A DNA stretch of 63,041 bases, filler included, from Polymyxa betae A26-41 (GCA_003693705.1; 4 parts of 4 records of this genome joined end to end with filler, not necessarily neighbours in it); one strand, 5' to 3'. Shown: positions 37,067 to 50,750, numbered from the whole stretch's first letter. Notes: generated from the letters alone by a model not told the origin. Numbers and translations are program-made.

Positions 37067-40000
37067 TCAATGAGTTGGTCGAACAGGTGGCTTCAGCATC
37101 AGTACAAAAGTAGTTGGTGAAGTAGTTACCATGCTGACATCTTGAGGAGTAATAAATATGAACTGCCTGTTCCGATATTTCTTTGCTAAATCCGTTAACA
37201 GGTTGATAGCAATCTTTCGGTTCACTGAATCCATAAAAATATCAAATTCATCTAATGCCTATCAATATAGTCATTATAGGTAATTCATATTACTTGAGTA
37301 ACAATTACACGAAATGGAGTACGAATAGACTCGCCAACAGCAATAACAAAGGCCAATGTTGTAAAGGATCGTTCTCCACCAGATAATGCCTAAATCGTGT
37401 CAGCCTAACTAACTCATTAAATAATCCAATATTGAAATACTTTGGTATCAGTGGTCATTTCAGTTTCACCTTGATGGTGTTGCATCTTAACAAACATATT
37501 TAATGTACCTCTCTCGTGATCGAATTGAATATGTCCTTGATGTCCTTTCTGTGACATATTATATTGGAAATCATAACTGGCTTGTTTCGAAAGACGCTTC
37601 TTAAATACGCCCCAGTCTTTTTTACTTTCTTTCAATTTCTTGTGGATTCGTTTAAAATCACGTTCACATTCGCCCACCTTCACCTGGGCATTTTTATATT
37701 CATTCTTGGCTTTCAAATAAGCAGCTATGATATCTTCGACAGAATCACTGCTAATTGCTTCTCTATCGGCCTGTTTCTTCTCTTCTAGCTGATAGATTTC
37801 CTTCATAATCTCGACAGAAGATCTATCAGGTTCCAGTACTCGACCATCAGTCTGTCTTAAAGCCTGCTGATGCACATTCTCCAACTTCTCTGTTAAATTA
37901 TTAATCTCTTGCATCATATTCTGCACCTTCTTCTCCATTGTATGACGAAGTGGACCGATTTTTTCAATCTTAACCTGAACTTCAGCCACAGCTTTCATTG
38001 CTGAATTAACTTGTTCTGTAGCTTGTTCTAGGCCTGAACCGGCCTTGCTGGCATTCTCATTGAATTCATCAACTTCCCGAATCTAAATAGCAAATCACAA
38101 ATTAGCATCAAATGGCAATCTAAAAATCATCGACTTTTTGTTCATGTGCCTCCTTCGCTTTTTGAAGGTTCTCCTGGCAAACGATCTGGTCGTTCTTAGC
38201 ATCATCAACAAGTTGATCGCATTTAACGATCTTATCCTTGAGATCTAAAATAAGATTTCCAACATGATCATCGTCAAATGTAGCTTGTTTCTCGAGATTC
38301 ACGATATCAGCTTTAGTGGTCTCCAGATCGGACGTAAAAGCCTAACTCAATCTTGGTCAATAATCGACAGGACGGATAGAGGTGAACATTCTTACCTGAA
38401 CCTTCCTGTTAGCCAATCTGGATAGATCGTTGGCTTTCTCCACATTTCTCTTTAGTTCGGCTCCTTCTGATTCAATTGATTCAATCTGCATCTGTGCATC
38501 GCGAAGATTCTGTTGTAGACCCTCTAACAACATTCATTGAATCAGGTGACTATTAAGCAGTAATAACACGAACCTAAATCGGCTTGAGTGACACTCTCCA
38601 GAATTGAGTTTTGACGATCAAAACCAGAATTTGAGATATTACTCAGTGCACCTCTAGTTAAAGTGATACGATCTAGCTGTCTAAAACCAATATCAGATGA
38701 TGACATGCTAAGAATGCAAAGAAAGACAAACGGGGTGAATATAATGGGAGTCTTCTCTCTGCGCTGTTCCATATCACGAAGTAATCGTTGTGCTACTGAA
38801 GCCTAACAAGATAATACTTGAGATAATCAGTTCAATTAGATGAACAATGATAACCGACATTTGGCATTAGAAGAGTGCAATCGATCTGAGCTTTATCGAT
38901 AATAGCATTATAACACCATGTATCTGTAACTTCAATTACATCAACAACACGAGGATTATCTCCATATGCAGGATTCCTTCCAATAATTTCATATCTGTCC
39001 CAACTCAATACATAATCGCATTCCATCACAGTTACACACAGCATTACCTGGAAGTTGGTTTCTTCAAAACAATAATAAAAGGGATCTCTCTGGGACTACG
39101 ATAGAACTGCTGGAATATGGATGATAAGGATTTCTGATCAGCGAACGAATCCACAAGAAACCCGCCTATTACAGAGCGAATTCAGTAAGTCCATGAAGAT
39201 AGAGAATACGATTGAAAGGATTACAGAGGATCTTCTTTCCAATAGCTTGCTGAACAGCAGCACTATAACGTTTATCTTTAACATTGACAAACGAACCAAT
39301 AGGACCAACAGGCTGGACATTGAACATGCGAGAGTCTGATTGAATTCTTTGAACCAAAGATGACATGCTGAACCATGGCTTAAACGATAAAATAAAACAA
39401 AATGCGGAATGTTTACTCTCGACCAAATCGGTTAAGTTGATCAGCACAAGATCTCTGCAGCTTCTGTAAATCCCGTTCAATTTCTGATTTCCGTCCACGT
39501 CTCTGCCGTAGTGCATCCTAAACGATAGAATTAGAAGAACCCTTTAACGTACAATCAGCTCACATTATTCTGATTCACAGCTTCACGACAATGTTCAAGT
39601 TGACGGCGGGCTTGGTCCGCTTCTCGCTGTGCTTCTTGAACTTGCTCAGATTGTTCCACTAAACAGCAGCAGAGAAATAATGTGGCAATATCACAAATCG
39701 TGAACACAACGTACTCGATCGAATTTTAAGTTTCTGAAGCTGCTGGGATCGTTCTTGATCTTCTTGAAAACGATCTCGAGACCGCTGCACCAAGCCATCG
39801 CTAAAAAGCAGAGAAAATTCTGTTATAAAATCAGTACCTGAGCCTCTAATTGACGAAGCTGCTCCTCAAGATCAGCACGACGTTTAACAGCGGTCTTCTT
39901 GTTCTTCTCATATTGAACCAATTGCGATTGAAATCTAGCCACAGTCTTCTTAGCCATCTGTAATGAATTCTCCAATCTGTATCAAAACTGTGAAAACTCG

Positions 40001-41479
40001 AATCTTGGTTGCATATTTGCCTTACGATTGACGTAATCGAACGTCGCCATTGATGGCATTGCGTTCAGCCAGAAGGCGCTGTTTAGCGTCTTCATGAGCT
40101 TTGTTAACTAATTCTTTCTCAATCTGTAACTTGGACATTTGATCATGAAGCTCTTGCAATTTCTCATTATAATTAGATGCATCGGTCCGTTTCACCTCGA
40201 TATCATCACCGAGTTCTTGAACCTTGGCCCACAAACACTAAAATACAAGATTTAGCAACAATAAAGAGATCAGGGTCTAATGGTATCTCACTTGATGATG
40301 TAACTTATCAATTTGTGTATCAATAGCTGCTAAATCTTGTGTACAATTAAATAAATGTTCTGCCTCCTTACGATTATTATCTAATATCTGTAACTGTTTG
40401 TCAGCTTCACAAAGATATCGATCAGCATCGACTATATAAACATCAATGTTCACACTAATTATAGATCTTCTTACTGACCGTAATCCTTTGAAATTAGATC
40501 GATGGTTTTACCCATTTGTTCCAGTTGTGTTGCTTTTAGAAAGAATTCATACTTGGCCGAGTTCTTATTCGACTGTACGAGGTCCAGTATCACCATGACG
40601 AATATAATCTAGAAGATGGCGTATTACCAATAGAAACTCTTTAGTTGTATCTTGGTTCATAACAACACAAGGATTCTCAACTTGAATATTGAAATGGTCC
40701 AGTATGCCCTGCAGGTCCTTCCTAGTCCTGCCCATCACCGAACCTGGACCGTAAAACATCACAACTTGAAGCAGACATGAACCGTACAGGCCCACCTTTA
40801 TCAGTGAAAATCTTATAGGAGGATCCGGTTTGTGTGATCTCACGTCGAATGGTGATGGTGTTCCCATATTTCTAACAAAACATCTTAATTACTATGTACA
40901 GTAGTAGGTCATCAGTCGTACTGGACCACCGACTTGGGGTTCATAAGCATCAGGGCCCTTATTGGAGAGAGTCAGCTCGACCTGTCCCCATTCCTGTCCC
41001 TGTTTAATTAATTCCTTCAATGAAGATCCTCGATTGGTATCAGAGGCCTTGACGCCCAAACATGTCGTTATGGCCACCAAGATAGCGCTCTTTCCCGATC
41101 CATTCTCTCTATGATATTCAGATCAATATCAGATATAATATCCATTATATAATATTACCCATGGATAAAGTTGACATGTGGTGATAGATTCACTTCTAAA
41201 TGCTGAAATACAAATTAGATGTATTATATAGGTGATCTCAATATACTACCTCATGACACATAAAATTAATTAACTTAATTCGAGTAATAACACCAGATTC
41301 TGCATATCGAGACCGTTCTTGTTGGATCTGATTGCTATTCGGATCAACGAACCCTATCGCATGGAACGTTTAATGTCGATCATGGCCCATGAACTCTGTC
41401 ACAGACCTTCATCATGATCAGGATCATCAGACGATAGTTCGTGATCATCATGATCTATATGATGAGTATCAGGATTCAT
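37067..41479 (-). CDS. SMC6: Structural maintenance of chromosomes protein 6
   Basis: GVITRIKLINFMCH, G|ENGSGKSAIL..CLGVKASDTNRGSSLKELIK, FNIQVENP..MNQD, hinge PVGPIG, LSGGERSFTT, LDEFDIFMDSVNR, QFIFITPQ. Confidence 0.95.
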
Positions 41480-41644
41480 TACTAATAAATACTAATTGAT
41501 GATGAAATGAAGTCGAGTCCCGCATTATTAATCAAACCACCGCCCAGCAGTTGTTTCAATTTCAAAATCAATCCAATCTGCATCGTTGCTAATGAGGAAG
41601 TAGAACATGACCGCCATGTAGATCAATAACGATATCTTTAATAA

Positions 41645-42495
41645 TTAAGTTGTATTGACAATATGTTTGGAATGAATTTGGTTAATAATATCATCAATCT
41701 CTGCCATAGCTCCCATTCCTGTTTAACTTTCAGGTTAAAACATTGAACCGATCCAATATATATTATTTCACTACATACCAATATCTTTACAAAATAACTT
41801 CTTTTCAATGGGATCTATAATCTCGATGTCCCAGCTTTTTAATCTCGACAGATGTTCAGATGTGATTGGATGTTGCCACATGGCAGCTGTGTTAATATAA
41901 TTGATTATCATATAATTAGATACAATATCAACATACTGTTCATAGCAGGAGCCACAATAAAACGTTTACTCGACAATTGCCAAGCTCTGGCAACACATGT
42001 CTATACACGATGATTTAGCAATTCTATGGGCCAGTATCATGGGATTTTATATCGTACAAGAAGATTATCAGCAAGACCTGTTGCAATCTTGGCCAATGTA
42101 TTAGCAGATAATGGTGCTATGAGATAGATATCAGCCCATCTTCTCAACTATATAATCAAGCTTATTAAATCTAAAACTATACTGAAGATATGGCCACCTC
42201 TATATGTAATACTGGATCTTGAACATTATGGTACGATGCCCATTCATCATCTGTATGCAATCAATGACATATTAAAACATCCGAAGTGGCTTAGTAGTAG
42301 AAGCAACACCATATAAAACCATTTGTTTTTACCATCTTGATAGAGATTGCATTTAATGCTGTTCAAGTCTATAAAATGATGTACTGCCTGTGTACATATG
42401 ACTCGAACATTGCCAATCTGACTCAATCTATCAAGTAATAGCTCAGCTTTGATACAAGCTACACTTCCAGTTAGGCCCAATAAGATATTAACCAT
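41645..42495 (-). CDS. PPCDC: Phosphopantothenoylcysteine decarboxylase (HAL3-like flavoprotein)
   Basis: [78 protein letters not shown]. Confidence 0.93.
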
Positions 42496-43436
42496 CAGAT
42501 TGAGATCAGCAATACCAGTCTTGGAATGTTACGATTACACATGTGTTGCAGGCCGCGATTTCTCGGCAGATCGCATCATATAAAACTTCTCAAGGATATT
42601 TCTGTGATCAGTTCTAACACTAAAACAAAAACCGCATGATTAGGTTTTCCAAATCCGGAACGCCTTTTGTCGAAGATATGAAATGTTCATGTAAAAGCTT
42701 TATTCGTTGAAGTAGACTTGAAAGTAGCATGAACGATCCAGATTTGTATTGCTTAATTAATTTGAATTACGCTGATACATGCTCATACATAACCAATAGA
42801 AATAGAGATTGAATACAGAAGTGACATCAAGTTGCAGTAAAAGGACATGAAGATAGAAGAGCCCAGAAATGTTTGCAACCGACTTGCTACAAATGCACGT
42901 AAATGAAATAATGAACTCAATGTGAATTGAACAGGTTCTAATATATGAATGCCACAATATGTTTTCCTCGATGCACAATTTGGGTTCTAATCTTGAGAAA
43001 TGAGAAGGTCGACCATAACCAGAATATGGATTGCGAGATTGTTGTTTGCACTACAACAGGTTTCGAATAAAATGAATAAGAAAGAGATGAGATGATACGT
43101 GCATGATGAGATCAGAGTTATCTCCAAAGATCGAATGGTAAATGCACCCAAAACGTACGTTGGTTGCAATATTAAAACTGCACACGACATTTCTACTACA
43201 TTATTGCTGCTTTAAGAAACTGGCAAAACTCAATAATGAATAACGTAGAGTGGTCAGTACCGGTACATATAAGAGTTTGTAAATAAATTCTGTGTACATA
43301 CAGTACCGTATGTACTTAGACTTTAGAGCCTGTTTACAGAATTCAAATAATTTTTTTAAAAACATTAAGACGATCCAGCCAATCAGATTGCGCCACGGAC
43401 ATTTATTCCAGATTTACTAATTACGGAGGTCGAAAT

Positions 43437-43525
43437 CATACTGCGTTTATCATTGGTCGAGTTCAAATAAATACTGCGTACATCATTGGTATTGTATTTG
43501 TAAATACTGCGTACATTATTGGTCT
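43437..43525. promoter_or_regulatory. Three tandem repeats each containing a reverse CCAAT box, upstream of the TPR gene
   Basis: ATACTGCGT(TT/AC)AT(C/T)ATTGGT x3, ~110-200 bp before ATG 43638. Confidence 0.5.
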
Positions 43526-43637
43526 ATGAGATAGACCTCGTCACGTTGTCTATTCTAAAGAGCCATCAAAGTACTTCTGTTATATCCATTCAGTCCCCAT
43601 CAAGCTCAAGCATTCAGGCGAATCTGAACTACTGCCT

Positions 43638-44615
43638 ATGGCTCCTGGATTTGGCTCTGTCCATCTGGATTCCTCGCTTTTGAATTCGGGTCGAACCTAT
43701 TTGCAGAATGGAGACTTTACTTCAGCTGTCTCCTCATTTACTTCTTTTTTAGCAAATGTTTCTCGGACACCTTCGTTGAAAGTGAGCTTCTGTTAGCCTG
43801 TGTGTTTAGAGTTGGTTATTGATGATTGCTGTTTTAGTTTGCGCTGCTTGATGCGCTTATCGGTAAAGGCATCGGTTTAATGGGCCTTAACCAGTACAAC
43901 GAGGCTATCGGCAACTTCTCTAGAGCATTAGCCCTAGCTTATGGATCTAATTATTCTAGAAGAGTAGAAATATTATGGAGAAGAGGACAGGCTTATCAGC
44001 AAACAGGTCAGATGGACATTCTCCCTTTATTTTTTACAATTGATTCGTATTTCTTGTCAGGTCTGTCAACCAGAGCTATTGCAGATTATACGAGTGCAAT
44101 ATCGGAGAATCCAAAATTCTTTGATGCATTTCTAAGCCGAGGTGTTCTGCTTTTTAGACTCTCTCAATATATTCAAGCGTATTCAGATTTTTCATTCGCG
44201 ATTCAAGTCGATCCCAGGTAAACCAGTTTCAATATGAATATGTCTGGATTTAACTTCAACTGCTTGCAGTAATAATGATGCATATATGTGGCGAGCGCGA
44301 TGTCGTCTATTGTTCAAGGCTCCACCATCGTATGCAGATTATGTCAGCGCTCTACATGATTGCTCAATAGCATTATCTATTGCGCCCAGTGATGCTCGAT
44401 GTCTCACAATTAGAGCTCGTTCATTATTGGGTTTACATCAGTACCAGTTAGCGAAAGAGGCTTATCTTGCTGCTGTGTCCATCGCTCCTGATATGGCTGA
44501 TGAGGAACTGTTTCTAGCTGTTAGTCGTGGCATGAAAAGAAGTCCAGAAACTGAGCTAATCCACGAAGACAAGAGAATATGTCCAGGTTCTTTGCGTCAC
44601 AATACTGCTTTTTAG
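43638..44615 (+). CDS. TPR-repeat protein (multi-exon)
   Basis: YNEAIGNFSRAL, RAIADYTSAISENPKFFDAFLSRG, AYSDFSFAIQVDP, ALHDCSIALSIAP. Confidence 0.85.
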
Positions 44616-45699
44616 TCTTATCCACGTTTAGCGATCTGTTCTATAAGTGTACATATACTTATATATTAAAATATAGATGCATTCAAGCAAACTCAATGTA
44701 GAGCAGATCAATAGAAGGTATCACCGGTTATCTAAAAGCTTGTACCTAGTGCAACTGAATCAGCAGCCTACCGCCCTGTTTATTATCCAGAGACGCTCGT
44801 GGACTAATAAGCATAGCGAGGTGAGGAATGGCACCTGCATCAGTAGACCTGTAGTTCCAGTTTGGAATAGGAAGCTCACTCTAAAACACACCACATACAG
44901 AGTACATCTATCCATACCTTCCTTCAAACCAGATATATTCGTTTATTCTTCAAATACAATTGATAATCAAAGTCCTAATGTCCCTCTAACGACACCCTGA
45001 GACGTACCCGATAGCATTACTGTGTCCCTGCAAGTTTTCTGAGGCGATGACAAAGTCAGCCGCCGTCACGACACTCCGACGGTAAAAGCGGTAATCTCCG
45101 TTTCGTTTTATCTCAGGGATTCGTGGTGCTGCAGGCTGTTGTTCACCGATACCTGCAACGAGCTTTGAATGCTCAATATGGTGTAGTTGAGGCATCAAGT
45201 CAGGTTATACAAATTATACCTTCTAATGTAGCGACCCATAGTCGTTGTATTGCTTTGAACGAAGCCACTTGGGATTGGATTGGAATCGACTAGTGCTGAT
45301 TTTTGGCCAACAGGTGGCGCTATTCCCAAAACGCATGGCTGGAAAGTTTAGGCAAATTGCCCAACTAGATACCAAACCCCCTACTAACGATTTCGGGGCT
45401 GTACAGTATTTCACCCATTTTGATAACTGTTGATGGTAAGCGGCCCTATATGGAGGACCTAAGAGAGCTCGATAAGCTAATGTAGGCACCCGCCCAATCG
45501 TACAGTGACTCGAACCCTTGTACCGGTACCCAATCCTTTCTACTACACTTCTACTCCCACCTTTCACCATGAGTCGCTAAATGTAACAGCCGTGACAATA
45601 TGCTGCAGGTAGAAACTTTGACATGAGTTTGGCCTGTGTATACAATACAGTGCGTCTTTGAAGTTAGTAATTTTATTTTGTTTGTATTTTCTTTCGATA

Positions 45700-46800
45700 T
45701 TTCATCACTTGATCTTCAAATTTGCTACCTTTCAGCAGTTGATGTTCAATAGTTTCGCTCTTTCTATGGCAGTGTCGACATCGATCGCTGGGTTCTATTT
45801 TTAGTTGTGTAAATGTGATCGAGTTCGAGTGTGTCCTTTCGTACTCTGTTTAATAGAGGGCTATTAAAGTAGATATGATAGTCTGTATTACCATCTCTAC
45901 TCTGTGTTCGAGAATAACCGTCTAATTAGAGGAGTTCGTTTCGGATAGTTTGCAATCCTCTTGGTTTCACCTTTTTCAATAAATATTTATGTAGTTTTTG
46001 TCTTTCTAACTGCTTATACACTAATTTATAGTATGAAGCAACTAATGGGTCGTGTTCAATCAATTCTCCATCTATTGCAGCCTGCTTGGCTAGCTCGTCT
46101 ATCGCATCACTTTCTGCAATCTGTTTTGTGTGACTAGGAATGAAGTGAAGTTCGACTTCGTTTTCTTCGCAAAGTTCAGCTAGCTTTTCAGAACATCTTT
46201 CACGACGGCGTTGACGAATTTGTATTTGTATGGCCGGCATGCTAGTTGTTGCAAACAAGATAATGAATCCGTAAAGATATGAATGTCTCTATTTTCTGGA
46301 TACAGATCCAGCAGGGAGCTAATTGCCAGATTGTAATGCGATGATTTCTGCTTCTTAGCTTGACGTCACATATTCTATCTGTATTGAATTGTGGATCTCA
46401 AGTTCAAATATAGTACTGTGTGGATCTGTGTCCGAGATCTGCAGTATTGAATCAGCTCCATTTGTTATGAACTCCGTATTTAAAGTATCTCTGTTGAAAC
46501 TGCCATCTGTCCAAAGGGAAATATCGGGATTTATGGGAATAAATTGGGCGTTCTCCTAGCGCTTCTGCTCTGAAACTCAAGATAAATTTACATTTGGTAA
46601 GTTGTTCTAGTATATAGGATTTCACTAATATTTGTGAGTGTATACGAGCGCTATATCTCTTTGCTGTAACTTCTACAGCTCTTCTGACAAGTCGGAAAAG
46701 AATCCATCCATCTGCTGCACATCCTTGTTCTTCCCATTTTCTATAGTCATCGCTTAATAAATTGCCCTGCGCTTTTCTGCCTTGAGGACTGTTAGTGCCG
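45700..46800 (-). mobile_element. Degenerate non-LTR (LINE) retrotransposon, RNase H region
   Basis: LWTDGS, IFTDS, VELHFIPSH...AIDELAKQAA RNase H motifs, with stops and frameshifts. Confidence 0.75.
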
Positions 46801-46899
46801 CATCTGTAATGATTTTAGCTTTCAGTGAAGGGAATATGTAAAAGTGGAATTGGTGTTGATCTCATACATCCAGTGTATGTTCTCGGCTAACAGTATTAT

Positions 46900-47342
46900 A
46901 CAAATCAACGAATTCTGAACAGAAAACGTCTGAGTTTACTTATATCCATGTTTGGTATATTCTTCGGGAATATTCAAAGTGGCAAGACCTGCGAGCCAAA
47001 CAAGACCTGCCCAGTAAAGCGGTCAAGCGCTTGAAGCTCAACGAAAACGATGAGATCGTTGAAGTGGAGGATCTCGAATCAGGACCCGGTAAGCAGCAGG
47101 GTTCGAAAGCAGCGAAAGAGCAAAAGCAGAACGCTGTGACCAACGCACGAGCAGCGAAAGGGTTGGCTGACGCCCAAGGAATCAAAGCTCAGGCGATGCT
47201 TTTGCAAGCAAGAATGGCTTTGTTTTCTGCAAACATCAATGAGATGGACCAGGAAGCACAGCTGTTCTTCAAGCTTGCTCGGGCTGAGGTACTGCAGACT
47301 ATGCAGAAGAAGCAGACCCCTCCACCACAGGATGCAGAATGA
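46900..47342 (+). mobile_element. PIF/Harbinger accessory ORF (NAM-associated-like C-terminus), 5' truncated
   Basis: FTYIHVWYILREYSKW.. G.KAAK motif; convergent with the transposase. Confidence 0.65.
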
Positions 47343-47377
47343 CCATCAGAGGCTGTTTATCAAATGTTGAATATAAT

Positions 47378-48170
47378 CTAGTGGTCACCTTTTCTACGCC
47401 ACAATTCGTCTATCACGTCGTCTCGTAGGCGAAAGTATTCAGCACTGTTGGTAGCCAAGGCTGTTGCTTCTACCAACCGCTCGAAAGTGAAAGGGTCCCG
47501 GCGTCGTTCTTGTACATCAGATCGAACGAATTGTTGTTTTTCGAACAGATCCTCCAGATCTCGATGACGCTCGTCCTCAATGATCATATTGTAGAGGATA
47601 ACACAAGCAGTCCAGAAGGAAACTATTGTGGACCTATCCCACAAACGACACGGGTTCTTCAACATTGCGAACCTCGCCTGCAAGACTCCAAAGGCACGCT
47701 CCACATCCTTTTGAGCGGATTCTTGCTGTTGAGCATAATATTGTCTTTTGAGACCCTGTGGCTGCGAAATGGTCTTCAGAAATATCGGCCAATTCGGGTA
47801 AATCCCGTCGACTAATAGATATGACATGGAATACTGATTCCCATTCACCTTGTACTGGACGTGTGGCGCTACCCCTCTCAGAAGCTTTCCCATCAAAGGA
47901 GAGCGGTTAACAATGTTGATATCATTTTGGAACCAGGTATGCCAATATATGCATGCCAGATCCACAGATCATGACCTGCAACAGCCTCCATCACGATAGA
48001 TTTGTTTCCATCTCTATCAAGATATTGACCATGCTCAGATACAGGGCATTTGTCCCAAATTAAATGGGTACAATCTAGGGAACCGAACATGCCAGGAAAT
48101 CCACGGCTGTCATTTTCCCTAAGGTTCCGTTCAACATCGGTTTCGGTTGGTTCTCTAAGTACAGCGTACC
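47378..48170 (-). mobile_element. PIF/Harbinger (Plant_tran-type) DDE transposase, frameshifted
   Basis: RGFPGMFGSLDCTH..WDKCP, EAVA..DLWIWHA..G.PGS/NDIN, LVDGIYP, QES.QKDVERAFGVLQARF. Confidence 0.92.
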
Positions 48171-48645
48171 GGTGGAGATGCTCTTATGTTTTATCGTTTT
48201 GTAGGCAGTACACTGTTTCAGAATTTCGTTCATTTGATTTAGCGTTACTTCAACAGACTGTAATTCGTTCAGTGATTCTGTGTAGAGCGATCTCTAACGG
48301 TGTCTGGCGCAAAGAAACCTGTAGTTTATAAAACAAACCGATTCTAAAATGAATCGGGGGTTACTGGAATTCGGGACGGGAGCTGGTTCCGGTCCTTGGG
48401 CAGTATCATGTTCCGGCGTCAGGATCAGCTTCCGTCGGAAGCACCGAGGCAGCTCGGGACAGGCGGTCGGGTACGGGGCGCAGCCGCCGGTGGTAGGGTT
48501 TAGGGCTGGCCGCGCTACATCTGATAGGTTTTTTCTTAATTTTCGGATAATCCATGACTGTGTATTCTGTCAAGGTTGTATGTCTTACTCGAATTGCATC
48601 AGAGCTGTAGGGGGAATTAAAATAAACTCCTTATTATCGTGGATC

Positions 48646-49960
48646 ATGGACAATTACGCCACAAGGAGACCACCCATACCAGAATGATATTAGTCGAATA
48701 CCACCCATACCATAATCCAAAAATGACAAAAGATTTTTCAAAAATGACAAACCCTAATCCAAAAATGACAAACCCTAATCCAAAAATTTTTGGATTAGGG
48801 TTTGTCATTTTTGAAAAATCTTTTGTCATTTTTGGATTATGGTATGGGTGGTATTCAACTAATATCATTCTGGTATGGGTGGTCTCCTTGTTACGCCGAT
48901 CTGGAATTTCAGCTCTCTTCCTTTTCTGATGATTCGGAAGACGTCCAGTCAGTATTCTGCCAGCAAGTGCCTATCAATCTTGCTCCTAGGCCGGCTTCTC
49001 CTCTAGCGATACCAGCTGATCGTGTTGTAGAGGCCACATTGGTTACGGTGGTCGGCCATGAGGCCCTAGTTGTTGACAATCGCGTTGCCTCCAAGCGCAA
49101 ACTAACTCCAGTGAGGTCAGCGCCAGCAAAAGCGACGTCAGCGAAAAAAGTTAGATTTCATGAAAAAGATGAAACTCCAGTCAAAATGGAACGTGCATCT
49201 TGGAACGCACAACTCATTGAGCTTTTAATTGAAACGCGCTGGTCAGCAATCGGGAAAAGCAAATTCATAAGCCAAGACGAATTTGCAAAAAAAGCAGTTT
49301 TGGACCTGGCTAACCCAACGCTATAATATCCGAGGACAGATATCGTTTGATGTAAATCTGATAAAGAATCGGGTAGATCAGTTGAAAGCGGAATATTAAC
49401 AGGTGGTCGGTGCATCAAAGGCAACCGGCAATGCAGTCTCCATCGCTAATCCCCTATACTGGGATACACTTCATTCTTATTTGAAGGTGATCATGATAAC
49501 TACACATTGCTGGTACAGACAGCTTTATGACAACTTTTTGTAGGATGTCTCAGGTATGCAGCCCCATGCAATATCGGAATCAGTTTGTTTAAAAAGCAAG
49601 GTGGATGCCAAATCCGCACGCTCTGATGGGGAAACTCATCAGAATGTTCCTGATCAATCACAGGTACAGAAAGTTGTACAAGATAAAGACAAAAAATCCA
49701 CAGGTCTTAGAAATCTGGGCGATTGCGTTGAATCTGGATTTGCTCATTTGCAAGTGTTGCTGCTTCAATATCAGAACTTGCGGCGACGCGTTTAGCCACA
49801 ACCAATGTGGCGTTGGGCGAAGGTAACATTATTGCCAAGCTTGAAACAATGCAGACAGAACAGCATCAGACAGCATGCCAGCAAACTGCACTTTTTCAGT
49901 CAATGCTGACTGCACTCAATAATATAGCAGAGAAACTGGCATGGGCAAATAGGGGTAGGC
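48646..49960 (+). pseudogene. Myb/SANT-like accessory gene of a second Harbinger element, disrupted by a palindromic MITE
   Basis: Reconstructed start MDNYADLEFQL; RASWNAQLIELLIETR..W..L...YN...IKNRVDQLKAEY; frameshifts; convergent with the transposase at 50020-50750. Confidence 0.6.
48661..48891. mobile_element. Fully palindromic MITE (231 bp)
   Basis: ACAAGGAGACCACCC...GGGTGGTCTCCTTGT; the arms meet with no spacer (AAAAATTTTT); TACGCC on both flanks; internal CCAAAAATGACAAACCCTAAT repeats. Confidence 0.9.
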
Positions 49961-50019
49961 CTAAAAATCTTTATAATTCAATAACAATCGTCTACAGTCA
50001 TGGACCTCTATTTCTTTGA

Positions 50020-50750
50020 CGGATTAGTGACCATCAAGTAATCCTTGATCTGATATCTTTTGTATAGAGGCTTACTCTTATCATTCCATTGAGATTCAAA
50101 CCGCCTGGCATGATGCCCTAGGAAAGGGTCTTTCCACTCATCTTTTCCCTTTCTTTAATTTGTAAGAATCATACAAGAGACTATAGTACGTCCTATGCTT
50201 TCTGGAGTTTTCATATTAAGTGAACGTTTTAATATTCTCCACCGTCCTTTCAAAAGACCGAATGCACGTTCAACACAGTTCCTCGTGCTGGAATGTAGAT
50301 AATTGAATCTCGATTGATCCCTCGGCATGTCATCAGTAATGCTATAAGGAATCATCATTTCATTAGTTAAGTTATAACCTGCATCGCCAACGAGGTGCAT
50401 TCCTCGTGGGATTATCTGTGCGATGTTTTGACCAATCATCGACATGCTCCAAAGGGTTCTGTCGCTACATGATCCCGGCCGAATTGAATAATCCAAAAAT
50501 CTAGTTTTGCTGTCGACAATGGCCTGCAAATTCACTGCAGGGAACCCCTTCCTACAATACCATCTGTGTTAACCGATAAACATTTCAGCAATCAAAGCGA
50601 CAGCATCTAGGAACTATAATTCGTACCCTTCAAAATATTGGGGACATTCAACCTCTATAAGAGTCCCATCAATGGCTGCTACAACATCGGGATAGCTAGC
50701 AATTTTTTCAAATTCTTCTGCTACAGATGTCCATTCATCTATGTTTTCAG
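50020..50750 (-). mobile_element. Harbinger (HARBI1-like) DDE transposase remnant with one intron
   Basis: YPDVVAAIDGTLI, W.CRKGFPAVNLQAIVD, PGSCSD, LVGDAGY, FNYLHSSTRNCVERAFGLLKGRWRIL. Confidence 0.92.

Noticed and set aside
30507-42495. Functional cluster of a HAL3-like PPCDC with a PPP phosphatase (Hal3-Ppz analogy)
   Set aside because: Hal3 inhibits PP1-like Ppz enzymes, whereas this phosphatase is PP2A-group; the PPCDC lacks an acidic tail and looks purely catalytic; the genes are 10 kb apart
48639-48929. Mirror-image ORFs on both strands (MILVEYHPYHNPK...)
   Set aside because: Artefact of the palindromic MITE, not a sense/antisense gene pair
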